This document shows positions 40,201-48,272 of a DNA stretch of 59,500 nucleotides, piece by piece. The notes below the pieces were generated by a model that was not told the origin of the DNA, did no database searches, and saw nothing but the letters and a program-made list of their open reading frames with translations. Location of the stretch: positions 1-59,500 of IMG/VR virus record IMGVR_UViG_3300010052_000132; one strand, written 5' to 3'. The DNA comes from a virus. Taxonomy: Duplodnaviria; Caudoviricetes. The position numbers and the translations under genes were made by a program. Within the stretch, counting starts at the first letter, position 1, and every line of letters starts with the position of its first letter.

Positions 40201-40551
40201 CTGGCGGCCACGGGCGCCGGACCGATCGACCAGACGGCGCTGCGCACCGACATCCTCGCCTTCCATGCGGCCTATCACGAGGACATCGTCCGGACCTTCT
40301 ACGAGGCGATCTTCAACGTCTGCGGCGGGGTGAAGACCCATTTCGACAGCTTCACGCCGACCTATTACGCCTATCGGGCGAACGGCACCGGCTACCTGTT
40401 CTGGGGCATCAGCCGCGACATGTACGACCGGGCAGAAACGTCCAGCAAGTACCGAGCCCTGCGCGATCTCTCGATCGAGTATGGAGGGGGTGAGGTCGTC
40501 GACCCGCCCACCGCGTCCCGCCGGCGACGGCAGACACTGATCATCAGCTGA
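37231..40551 (+). CDS. Large tail fibre/spike with glycoside-hydrolase-like TIM barrel
   Basis: LRWM...IPFELIVDLHN...WLNLP..ADESY...MSNEVWN...YEGG pattern; repeated beta inserts. Confidence 0.65.
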   Translation: MTIFFTLDARTMVDGVTMASLGLEEYPAIKPDGTDFGDPAFTTSGGRIVNANFFDVTCPPRLVRRLAGPIVRGEARFKLGQSAVLLFSPDARQGLFLERYFYGTTHALAVDHFIDYQFQRTAGFQYAAEYNGISTANQYLTLPSEVDVSWVVASGQLTILVNGVPQRLRDFGNGGFVDSVPIPAALLGSDGAGFVPFFHNNYAFPLVLRDNADLIYCTDVIPERFDDDTARLVIDGVCSKGASSQVSVAVRSSSNTLLHSATVPISSGRWQVRTGQIAKTYEPSRFVCDLDDGSLDLTVTDVRSGQIRTGQVLFGTGIAANATIQSQLSGTAGGAGTYRMSAAATQTVRGQISTGTSELRVTASNVGGAVEQRVVLAGFPRTLTKQEVRLGNNLDLLDYYTGWWPFHDLGRAIQWRVASQYIVPAWVNESDFAASGMFASHLPASVMNAAPNGSPRKFPDDTALQLQAQLPWFPEPGDYVMDMTDAPNLLWSFSNTAGKVTVTLDHYGPKLHRVSISEKYIPTSTGDGWRINLIRDSSKPNLGMPTTEWTLTMRKAGSPGDVEWNESFLDWVRQGGMSHLRWMSGMMAAEEPKMPRNITTAAKRAKLTDQTWSCQFNARPQIPFELIVDLHNRTGKHLWLNLPRSADESYIREIVGIVRDQLDPELLFYWTMSNEVWNFAQRQIFSYRDDGLKRGLGKGRSCRAAITSASDIVEIQTAEFGPVEVGQRIVGPGIPADSFITEMLGGSGRAGTYRMSNAATATATITATYDAATFGGDADYDYSAVPNWTAGIAVTAGDLVQSFNIYRARTTHTSVADPISNTDWTKWDLVQSGDAAARRAHIEQILAVRAIVEDEMGGATPYGARCRLLAETWEAVFETWLPTYLDWGNLRAHLTAICGATYFGNESPIFRWETASTAVRQAVLTKTGADRIAVWVDAAKTEAINVAKRHAKNALALANALEDRDMAEGEIGYWTYEGGPEYGFALANEDLAATGAGPIDQTALRTDILAFHAAYHEDIVRTFYEAIFNVCGGVKTHFDSFTPTYYAYRANGTGYLFWGISRDMYDRAETSSKYRALRDLSIEYGGGEVVDPPTASRRRRQTLIIS

Positions 40552-40561
40552 CCAACCTCAC

Positions 40562-40584
40562 GGCCCGCCTCGAGCGGGCCTTTT
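40562..40584 (+). terminator. Intrinsic terminator
   Basis: GGCCCGC-CTCGA-GCGGGCC-TTTT. Confidence 0.75.
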
Positions 40585-40601
40585 CATGTCTGGAGAAGAT
40601 A

Positions 40602-41060
40602 ATGTCCGATTCTGGGGGCGTGTCTGCCGAGCATGCCGGCGGGCTCATTGCCGGCGCTGTCGCGGTGCTGACCATGCTGGGTGGCGGCATCAAATGGATG
40701 TTCCGGCGCGCCGACCACGCGAGCGTCTCGCGCGAGAAGAAGCTCGACGCATGGCATCTGGAGCTCAGCGAGAAGGAGGCGAAGCTCGACCAGGGCCGCA
40801 CCGCCTACATCGAAAGGCTCGAGGCGCGGCTCGAACTGATCGAAACCAATGAACGGGCCAGGGACACCCAGCTGAGCGCGCTCCGTGTCGCATTCGAGCT
40901 CGTGTCCAAGGCGCTGAGGCATATCGACCCGGCGAATACCGCTTTGCACCTCGCAGAAGACATCCTGCGCAACGCCTTCCCCGTCAATCCAGAGACCCCG
41001 CGCAACATGGTCGACCAGCTCGTCGCGATCGAGGCGCGGACAACCCCCTCCCCCAACTGA
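40602..41060 (+). CDS. Membrane-anchored coiled-coil protein (lysis cassette)
   Basis: N-terminal TM helix and coiled coil; precedes the endolysin. Confidence 0.6.
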   Translation: MSDSGGVSAEHAGGLIAGAVAVLTMLGGGIKWMFRRADHASVSREKKLDAWHLELSEKEAKLDQGRTAYIERLEARLELIETNERARDTQLSALRVAFELVSKALRHIDPANTALHLAEDILRNAFPVNPETPRNMVDQLVAIEARTTPSPN

Positions 41061-41075
41061 CCGAAAGGAAATGAC

Positions 41076-41810
41076 GTGATCGACTGGACGTCCGCTCAGC
41101 GGCGGCTGGCGGAGCGCGGCTATTACGCGCTCGACATCGACGGCCGACCGGGCCGGGGTACCTATGCCGGCGTGTTCGGCTTCGCAGCAGGCCGCAGGCC
41201 CGATGCGACGCTGCTTGCGATCGGCGCCGCCGCGACCAAGCACCTCCCCCCGCACAAGATTGACCAGACGGCCGAGCGCCTGGGCGAGTTCGTGGCGCAG
41301 ACCTGCAATGAGACCGGCGGCTTCCGGGTCTTCGAGGAGAACCTGAAGTACAGCGTGCGCGCTATCCGGTCCGCCTGGCCGAAGCGCTTCCCGTCCGACG
41401 CGGCGGCTCAGCCTTTCGCATGGGACCCCCGCGACGCCGATCGCGAGGACATGGTGCTGGCCGCGCGCGTCTATGGGCAGCGCATGGGCAACCTGCCCGC
41501 GCACCTCGACGACGACGACGAAGAGGACGGCTGGCAATATCGCGGCCGCGGCATGCTGCAGCTGACCGGGCGGGCGAACTACGCCGAGTACGGCCGGCTC
41601 TCTGGCCTTCCCCTCGTACAGCATCCCGAACTGGCGGCCGATCCCGCTGACAGCCTCCAGATCGCTGCGATCTTCTGGACCCGCGGCAGGGTGAATGCCG
41701 CCATCGATCGCGGCGATTTCCGCGAAGCCCGCAGGATCACCAACGGCGGAGCGATCGGCCTCGAGCATGTCGCTGAGCTCCGCGCCCGTGTCCTGACCAT
41801 CCTGAAATGA
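41076..41810 (+). CDS. GH19-family endolysin with peptidoglycan-binding N-terminus
   Basis: IDGRPGRGT; AQ...ETGGF..FEENL; DGWQYRGRGMLQLTGRANY; ITNGG. Confidence 0.92.
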   Translation: MIDWTSAQRRLAERGYYALDIDGRPGRGTYAGVFGFAAGRRPDATLLAIGAAATKHLPPHKIDQTAERLGEFVAQTCNETGGFRVFEENLKYSVRAIRSAWPKRFPSDAAAQPFAWDPRDADREDMVLAARVYGQRMGNLPAHLDDDDEEDGWQYRGRGMLQLTGRANYAEYGRLSGLPLVQHPELAADPADSLQIAAIFWTRGRVNAAIDRGDFREARRITNGGAIGLEHVAELRARVLTILK

Positions 41811-41821
41811 AAGGGACGACC

Positions 41822-42529
41822 ATGACTGACGACCTGAAGCCTCCTGCCCAGATCAAGGTCCAGCCCGGACCGCTCTTCCCGCTGCTGGCCAATTTCTGCC
41901 GGCAGCTGGCCATCCTCATCGGCGGGGGCGTGACGCTCCTCTCCCTGCTCGGCCGCGGCGATGTCAACGAGATCATCAGCTATCTTTCGGGCGACGAGAT
42001 CATCCCCGTGCTCGCAGCCGCGAGCGTCGTCATCGCCTCGCTGGGTTCCTTCTGGCGCACCATCCACAACGAGGCGGTCAAGCGCCGGCTGGCTGGCGAG
42101 GTCGACGACGACCTGGCGGTGATCGAGCGCCACGGGCTCGGCCGCTGGTTGCTGGCGATCCTGACCGGCGCCACGCTATCCAGCTGCGCGACCGTCACGG
42201 CGGAATCGCCCGCGCAGAAGCTGTTCGCGGCCCGAGGCTACTGGAACATCGCGAAGGCCGCCGGCGTCGATTATGCCGAAAGCCCGACCGCCCGAGGCGA
42301 CGTCGTCCTTACGATCGTCCGCATCCGCGACACAGTCCAGCCCAATGTCGACTATGTCGACGCCTATGTCTCCTGCCGGCTGGAGGGAAAGACTACGGTG
42401 GTGGTATTCGGGACGCTCGATCCCATCCCGTGCGCGTCGTTCAACTTCTCGAATGCGAGCATCAGCAGCGCTGCGCTGGCCCTGCGAACGGCCGCGACGC
42501 AGATCCTGACCAAGACGGGGAGGCAGTAA
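41822..42529 (+). CDS. Holin-like / lipoprotein fusion membrane protein
   Basis: Two N-terminal TM helices, then an internal hydrophobic stretch with lipobox LSSC. Confidence 0.5.
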   Translation: MTDDLKPPAQIKVQPGPLFPLLANFCRQLAILIGGGVTLLSLLGRGDVNEIISYLSGDEIIPVLAAASVVIASLGSFWRTIHNEAVKRRLAGEVDDDLAVIERHGLGRWLLAILTGATLSSCATVTAESPAQKLFAARGYWNIAKAAGVDYAESPTARGDVVLTIVRIRDTVQPNVDYVDAYVSCRLEGKTTVVVFGTLDPIPCASFNFSNASISSAALALRTAATQILTKTGRQ

Positions 42530-42532
42530 GCC

Positions 42533-42742
42533 ATGAACTATGCCGCCCTCCTGCTCCAGGTCCTCGACCTCGCGATCGTCGGCGCCCTCACCTATGAGCG
42601 CGCCAAGGCTCTCCAGAAGCTGATCAAGGCTCTGGTCGAGGAGCAGCGCGACCCCACCGCCGCCGAATGGGCGATGCTTCGGAACGAAGGCATCGATCTT
42701 GACGCGCGGCTGGACGCCGCCAACAGCCGCCTGAACGGCTGA
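42533..42742 (+). CDS. Small lysis-region protein
   Basis: Amphipathic helix; RDPTAAEW motif. Confidence 0.6.
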   Translation: MNYAALLLQVLDLAIVGALTYERAKALQKLIKALVEEQRDPTAAEWAMLRNEGIDLDARLDAANSRLNG

Positions 42743-42768
42743 CCCCCACCTCTCAATCGGAGAACCCC

Positions 42769-43581
42769 ATGAAGAAGACCTATTGGGCAGCCATTGCGCT
42801 GCTCTCCCTGGGCGTGTGCGTCGCCAGCGCAGCGCCCGTCCGGAACACCGCTCCCTATGTGCCGACCCAGTCGGTGGGCTTCGGCGCTGTCGGCAGTGAG
42901 TTCACGCCGGTCACCAACGCGACGCCCTTGCCGGTCACCGTCAGCGGGACCCAGTCGGTGATCGCCGGGGGCAACGTCGCCCACGACGCGGTCGACACGG
43001 GCAACCCGGTCAAGATCGGCGGCAAGGCCAGCAGCACGCTGCCCATGGTCGTCAGTCCTGGCGATCGCGTGGATGCCTGGTTCGGCGCCAGCGGCCAGCA
43101 GATCATCGGTGTTAGCGGCAGCGCGCTCGGCGACGCGAGTTCGTCAGCTCCCGGTGGATTGCTCGATTCTGGCAATACCAACAGGCCGCTCGCGGTCGTG
43201 CCTTTCAACTATAACGGCACGACCTACAATCTGCCTCGCGGCTCGTCGAACGGCACCTGGGTGGTGAAGAACGATCGAGCGGGCACAGCCAACCGGGTCA
43301 TCACGAAGACAAGCGTCTCGGCCGACACCAGCACCCAGATCTGTCCGACGGCGACCAACCCGGTCTCGACCGAGATCCAGACGTCGATCGGCGGGGTGGG
43401 AATCGGCCTCAACGGCCAGGCCCTCACGGCGACCGCGCTCGGGACGACCACCGCCGACCCCGATGTGGTGATCCCCTTCGCCTACAGCATCTACACGCTG
43501 CCGATCGCCTCGACGAACGCCATCACAGCCCGCGCGACGGCGGCGTTCATCGCGACCTGCATCCAGACCATCCGCCAGTAA
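42769..43581 (+). CDS. Beta-rich protein with signal peptide
   Basis: MKK-hydrophobic-ASA signal; PLPV and GNVAHDAVD.GNPVKIGG motifs. Confidence 0.65.
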   Translation: MKKTYWAAIALLSLGVCVASAAPVRNTAPYVPTQSVGFGAVGSEFTPVTNATPLPVTVSGTQSVIAGGNVAHDAVDTGNPVKIGGKASSTLPMVVSPGDRVDAWFGASGQQIIGVSGSALGDASSSAPGGLLDSGNTNRPLAVVPFNYNGTTYNLPRGSSNGTWVVKNDRAGTANRVITKTSVSADTSTQICPTATNPVSTEIQTSIGGVGIGLNGQALTATALGTTTADPDVVIPFAYSIYTLPIASTNAITARATAAFIATCIQTIRQ

Positions 43582-43593
43582 GGAAACGACGCC

Positions 43594-44685
43594 ATGTCTC
43601 GTATCAAGGCGCTGTCGTCGTTTCTCCTCGCGCTTGTGGCATTGCTGCTGCCGAGCGTGGCGCCGGCCCAGAACCTGTTCCAGCGCGGGTCCAGCCTCAA
43701 CAGCTGGTCGACCGCAACGCTGGATATCGACTTCACCACTGGAACGCTCGATCCGCGCCTTACGTTCACGCGGGCGTCGACTGCTACGAGGTTCAATGCG
43801 CTCGGGCAGATGGAACTCGTCGCCAGCGGCGCCCCGCGCTTCAACTATACAGGGGCTGGCGCTCCGCGCGGCATTCTGCTGGAGGATTTGCGGACAAATC
43901 TGCTGCTGAACTCGCTGCTGGATGGCACGCCGCTGGTGACGCAGAGCATCGCTGTAACGGGCGGAACGCATACGCTGTCCTTCTATGGTACAGGGTCGAT
44001 AACGCTCAGCGGCGCGGCGACTGGCACGCTCACAGGGACCGGCGCTTTCCCCTCGCGCAGCACACTTACATTCAGCCCCTCTACAGGCACCCTTACTCTT
44101 TCAGTGTCGGGCACTGTGCAATATGCGCAGCTGGAAGTGGGTGTCAGCGACTCTTCGTTCATTCCCACGGCAGGTACGGCCGTAACTCGGCAGCCCGACC
44201 TGTTGTTAATGTCGGGCTCAGCCTTTTCGTCCTGGTACAATACAGGGGCCGGTGTCTTTGTCTTTGACCTGGATTATTTGCCGGCAACAACTGCGCAGAC
44301 TAACCTCATCTTCGCGGCGAGCGACGGCTCTATTACCAATCGCGTGCAGGCATCGCTGAACAAAGGCACCGCAGTCGTAACAGCTACGATTACGACCGGA
44401 GGCGCGCTGCAGGCTACATTCAGTCCAGGCTCTGTCACGGGGCCGAATGTCGGGCAGACGCTGGCATTGGGCTATGCGCTGAATGACTATGCCGGCGCGG
44501 TCAACAACTCGTCGCCTGTTACGGCCGCATCAGGCCCCCCACCGACAGCCATTGATCGGATCAACATAGGCTCGAACGCGGTTTCGTTGCCGGGCGCGGG
44601 GCTTCACGTCAAGCGCTTCAGCTACTATCCCACCAAGCCCCTCAATTTCATCGTTCAGGGTCTGTCGTCTCGCACAGCACCCTGA
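43594..44685 (+). CDS. Head spike/fibre-like LamG protein with signal peptide
   Basis: FTRASTATR...PRF...GILLE..RTNLL.NS...AQLE.G...SSFIPT....VTR..D motif. Confidence 0.7.
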   Translation: MSRIKALSSFLLALVALLLPSVAPAQNLFQRGSSLNSWSTATLDIDFTTGTLDPRLTFTRASTATRFNALGQMELVASGAPRFNYTGAGAPRGILLEDLRTNLLLNSLLDGTPLVTQSIAVTGGTHTLSFYGTGSITLSGAATGTLTGTGAFPSRSTLTFSPSTGTLTLSVSGTVQYAQLEVGVSDSSFIPTAGTAVTRQPDLLLMSGSAFSSWYNTGAGVFVFDLDYLPATTAQTNLIFAASDGSITNRVQASLNKGTAVVTATITTGGALQATFSPGSVTGPNVGQTLALGYALNDYAGAVNNSSPVTAASGPPPTAIDRINIGSNAVSLPGAGLHVKRFSYYPTKPLNFIVQGLSSRTAP

Positions 44686-44782
44686 GCAGAACTCCGGGCG
44701 GAGACATAAAATGGACCTGCAAAACCTCGACATTTCCGACGTTTCCGGGCTGTCCGCCCGGATCGCAGAGTAGGAGGAGCAT

Positions 44783-45148
44783 ATGCCCGCAATTCCCGCG
44801 CGCATCGGCTTCGTCCTGCGCGAGCAGCGCATCGTCGAGACGACCAGCGCAACGATGAAGGCGCGCTATGGCGATGCCGCCCGCGACCCGAAGGACGAGC
44901 CCTTCGAGACGTTCTTCGACCTGTCGGCCGATGCGCAGGCGATGGCGTCCGAGCGGCTGGCGCTGCTGGGCACCGAGCGTCGGCGGTTCCAGATCGAGGT
45001 CGCCGGCACACTCGACCTGGATCTGTCGGCCGAAACACCAACGGTCACCGTGATCGACGATGATCGCCAGGCCGACCTGCCGGCCCTGATCGTGTCGGTA
45101 ACCGAAGATGCCGGGCGCGACCGCTCGGTCTATGTCTGCTGGGGGTGA
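44783..45148 (+). CDS. Tail-associated protein
   Basis: RBS AGGAGG; ETFFD..ADAQAMA.ERLALL...RRRF...WG pattern. Confidence 0.55.
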   Translation: MPAIPARIGFVLREQRIVETTSATMKARYGDAARDPKDEPFETFFDLSADAQAMASERLALLGTERRRFQIEVAGTLDLDLSAETPTVTVIDDDRQADLPALIVSVTEDAGRDRSVYVCWG

Positions 45149-45149
45149 G

Positions 45150-45932
45150 ATGAAGAAGCCATTTGCAGTGGTCCCCCTGCCTCTGGGGACGATCGCCACC
45201 GGCAATCAGCGAGCTAACCGCCCGGCCTCCCACCTCGGTGAGTTCGGCGCGATCGGTATGATCTGGCAGTCCAACGGCAACGGCACCCTCTGGGTACGGG
45301 GCGATCTGGGCGCCGCCATGCCGATCGACTTCATCTCGCTGATCTGGGCCAATGCGCAACCGGGCACCACCATCCGGGTGCGGCTGGGCGCAACCCAGGC
45401 AGCAGTCGACGGTGCGGCCGCCTATGACAGCGGGGCCCTGCCGTTCATCAGCCCGGCGATCACACGCCGGGACGGACTGTACTCGAGCCACCTCGAGCTC
45501 GACGGCGTGGTCAACGCGCGCTGGTGGCGGATCGATATCGCCGGTCACGCCGGCGACTTCGCGGCCGCCAAGCTCGTCCTGGGCCAGCGCATCCTGTCCG
45601 CCTCCTACCCGAACCCCGGCTGGACCTTCGGCGTCGAGGATCTGGGCGAGCACGAGATCACCCGCATGGGCGTGATCGACGAGGCGGATGGGATCATCCT
45701 GCGCACGCTCGGGTTCAAGCTCGGCTGGGTCACCACCGCCGATTTCGAGACGAAGTGGCGACCGCTTCTCGAGCGTGGCAAGCGGCAGATCACGCTATGG
45801 TGTTTCGACCCGGAGGCGGGGCCCTATCGACAGGCGAGAACCTATCTGGGGTTCACCGCGCCCAACCCGGCAACGGGCGGTGTGGGCGTCGACAAATATG
45901 AGATGGATTTGGAGGTCCGATCGCTGATCTGA
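45150..45932 (+). CDS. Distal-tail-like virion protein
   Basis: YDSG, ARWWRIDI, LVLG, WCFDP motifs. Confidence 0.55.
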   Translation: MKKPFAVVPLPLGTIATGNQRANRPASHLGEFGAIGMIWQSNGNGTLWVRGDLGAAMPIDFISLIWANAQPGTTIRVRLGATQAAVDGAAAYDSGALPFISPAITRRDGLYSSHLELDGVVNARWWRIDIAGHAGDFAAAKLVLGQRILSASYPNPGWTFGVEDLGEHEITRMGVIDEADGIILRTLGFKLGWVTTADFETKWRPLLERGKRQITLWCFDPEAGPYRQARTYLGFTAPNPATGGVGVDKYEMDLEVRSLI

Positions 45933-45960
45933 TCGGCGACAATTCGACATCGGCTTCGAG

Positions 45961-46004
45961 AGCGCCGGTCGGCTGGGGGAAACCTCAGTCGGCCGGCGCT
46001 TTTT
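45961..46004. terminator. Terminator between the convergent late and accessory operons
   Basis: Long hairpin AGCGCCGGTCGGCTGGGG...CCTCAGTCGGCCGGCGCT followed by TTTT. Confidence 0.75.
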
Positions 46005-46008
46005 CGTT

Positions 46009-46212
46009 TCAGGGCTCGCAACCCCGCCAGCGGCGGTCATACTCTTCTTGCTTAGCTTCGGCCTCTGCTTTCGCAGCAGCATCCTCCAGTTCGTCGATCC
46101 GCTTGCTCATCGTCAGCAGGAGATGGAAAAACGCCGGGCTGCTTTCGCCGAAGTTGGACAGGATAGCTTCAATCTCAGCGGTCGTTCCCGCGCTCGTTTT
46201 CTTGTTGGTCAC
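46009..46212 (-). CDS. Hypothetical protein
   Basis: GTGA coupling, RBS AAGGAG. Confidence 0.55.
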   Translation of the reverse strand: MTNKKTSAGTTAEIEAILSNFGESSPAFFHLLLTMSKRIDELEDAAAKAEAEAKQEEYDRRWRGCEP

Positions 46213-46529
46213 GTCCGCTCCTTCAGCTTAACGGAGCTCCACCGAACACGCGCTCTGAACTCGCCCGGCCGGCGTTCCCGCGCTGCGATCAGCTGGCCCG
46301 TGGCCTTAGCCGCCAGGCGGTACTGCATCTGCTCCGCGTCGCGGATCATCGAGCGAGATAGGGCATCCCTCCGGATGGCCAGTGCTCGCAACCGTCGCTC
46401 TTCGGACCACAACGCTAGCCGGCGGCTGGCCTCGAACGCCGCCTTCAACACCTTGGGATGGCGTACAGCATCCTGCACCCGTTTAAGCTCCCGCATTGCT
46501 CGCGTCATTTGATCGTCTCGGGCGCTCAT
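46209..46529 (-). CDS. Hypothetical Arg-rich protein
   Basis: ATGA coupling to the ligase stop. Confidence 0.55.
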   Translation of the reverse strand: MSARDDQMTRAMRELKRVQDAVRHPKVLKAAFEASRRLALWSEERRLRALAIRRDALSRSMIRDAEQMQYRLAAKATGQLIAARERRPGEFRARVRWSSVKLKERT

Positions 46530-47386
46530 AGCCGTTCATCCCTCAGGCGCACGAACCGCCCTTCGCGCAGCATGCCCGATGCGGTCCTCTCCATGGCCTC
46601 GACCTCGGCCATAAGCCCGATCATGCTGTCGCCCGCCAGCATGAAGTCGAAGCGCTGCCGATCGGTGAACCCGGCCGAGACGCGGATCAGCCGCCCCTCG
46701 ATCTCGACGACCATCGTCGCCATGATGTCGCCGTTGTCCTGCAGGCTGATCAGCTCGCGGATGCGACCGTCATAGGTCTCCGATCGCTTGATCCGCTGCC
46801 AGTTGGTCGACCGCCCGGCCTTGTAGGTCGAGTTGGCATGCTTGAGGATGACCCCCTCCCCGCCGGCGGCAATAACCTCGGCCGCCACGCGCCGCGCGTC
46901 TTCGACCGTTTCCACCCAGCCCCATGGTATAGGCCGGACAGGTCCGCGCTCGCCCAGCGGCTGGCATAGCTCCTCGAGCCGCCGCTTGCGTGCCAGCAGA
47001 CCATGGCCGACATCCTGGCCGCGCCACTGCCGCATGGTCATGACGTCGAACACGTGGGAGATGCCGGCGTTGCCCTGAGACCCCTTGGCAGAGAAGTGCC
47101 GCTTGGTCGCGTCGAAGGTCGCGTCGACCTGCCATTCGCCGTCGACGAACAGCGGCACGCATGCCGCATGCTCCATGCGCCGGATCTCGTGTGCGATGTG
47201 CTCGGCGCCCAAGATGGGAACCCCTTCGCGCGTCACGATCTCGCCATCGATCCAAAGCATGCGGATGCCGTCGATCTTCGGCTCCTCGATGCAGCCTCCG
47301 GCCGGGATCTTGCCATTGAAGTCGGTGACGAGCTGGCAGAGCCCCTGCAGGCGATCGCCACGGGCCAAAGCCGGGTGCGCGTTCAC
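46526..47386 (-). CDS. Minimal ATP-dependent DNA ligase
   Basis: Motif I EPKIDGIR, III VDGEW, IIIa VFDV, IV EGVILK, V WQRIK, OB fold SAGFTD, VI F.RLRD. Confidence 0.92.
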   Translation of the reverse strand: MNAHPALARGDRLQGLCQLVTDFNGKIPAGGCIEEPKIDGIRMLWIDGEIVTREGVPILGAEHIAHEIRRMEHAACVPLFVDGEWQVDATFDATKRHFSAKGSQGNAGISHVFDVMTMRQWRGQDVGHGLLARKRRLEELCQPLGERGPVRPIPWGWVETVEDARRVAAEVIAAGGEGVILKHANSTYKAGRSTNWQRIKRSETYDGRIRELISLQDNGDIMATMVVEIEGRLIRVSAGFTDRQRFDFMLAGDSMIGLMAEVEAMERTASGMLREGRFVRLRDERL

Positions 47387-47988
47387 TGCTCCCCTCCACG
47401 GCTGGCGCGCTCGCGCTGGAAGCCGTCGCGGTCGAACCACCGCAGGATCGACAGAAGCGGCACCTTCACCGGCGTCCCGTTCTTGAGGGCGGCGCGCGTC
47501 GTCGACTCGCCAATCCCGAAATCCTCCTGCAGCAGGCGCGGCCAGGTCTTCGGATCGGCGTCCGGGTAAAGCCAGGCCAGCGCGTCAGCGTCGACCTTCG
47601 GGAGAGCGAACGACCGGGGGAGCCCTGTCACCTCGTCCCGCCCGTTCTCCCGCAGCCAGTCACGCGCCTGCTCAACCGCGATGCGCGCCGGTGACGTGTC
47701 AGCGAAGAGACGGACGACCTTCTCGAAAGAGCCGCCGCTGATCCGCTGCACCTTGTCGACCTGCCCCGGGACCGCGCTCTTGCCGACGAGCTCGGACAGA
47801 AACGGCCGGCGGCGCCAACGCTCGTCGGTCAGGAAATAGACCGCGATCTCGGTCCAGTGGCTCTTGCCCTCCTCGTGCGTTGAGAAGAAGCCGATCCGCT
47901 CTGCGCGGCTGGTGTCGATGTCGTTGGGGTTCATATCCCCATCAGCATGAACCCGCGCGGCTGGCGGCGCAATAGTTGCGTCAGTCAC
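47383..47988 (-). CDS. Hypothetical protein with C-terminal HTH-like motif
   Basis: WPRLLQEDFGIGESTTRAALKNG; RBS GAGGAG. Confidence 0.6.
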   Translation of the reverse strand: MTDATIAPPAARVHADGDMNPNDIDTSRAERIGFFSTHEEGKSHWTEIAVYFLTDERWRRRPFLSELVGKSAVPGQVDKVQRISGGSFEKVVRLFADTSPARIAVEQARDWLRENGRDEVTGLPRSFALPKVDADALAWLYPDADPKTWPRLLQEDFGIGESTTRAALKNGTPVKVPLLSILRWFDRDGFQRERASRGGEQ

Positions 47989-48272
47989 GATTTTGCGCTC
48001 CTCAGATAAACGGCCAGGCCGTTGTCGATCCGGCGTTTCTGCTTGGCGTTGCGGCAGAGAACATTGCCGTCCGCCATGAAGGCGTGGCACCCGTCGCCGA
48101 TCGACAGCATGATGCCGCCCGGCTCCATCATCCGATCGAACAGGGTCCGCACCGATGCGAAGCGCTGCGCATCCTGCGTCGTGCGGATGAACATCCGGAC
48201 GTCGGCCAAGGTGGCGCGCCGATACCACCACCCGTCGTCGTCGCACCGCCAGCCCCGGCTGGCGCCCCTCAC
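47985..48272 (-). CDS. Hypothetical protein
   Basis: GTGA coupling, RBS GGAGG. Confidence 0.55.
   Translation of the reverse strand: MRGASRGWRCDDDGWWYRRATLADVRMFIRTTQDAQRFASVRTLFDRMMEPGGIMLSIGDGCHAFMADGNVLCRNAKQKRRIDNGLAVYLRSAKS

Noticed and set aside
44693-44762. Possible riboswitch (c-di-GMP-like GCAAA) inside the inverted repeat
   Set aside because: Lacks the GNRA-capped P2 and receptor architecture; kept only as an unexplained inverted repeat
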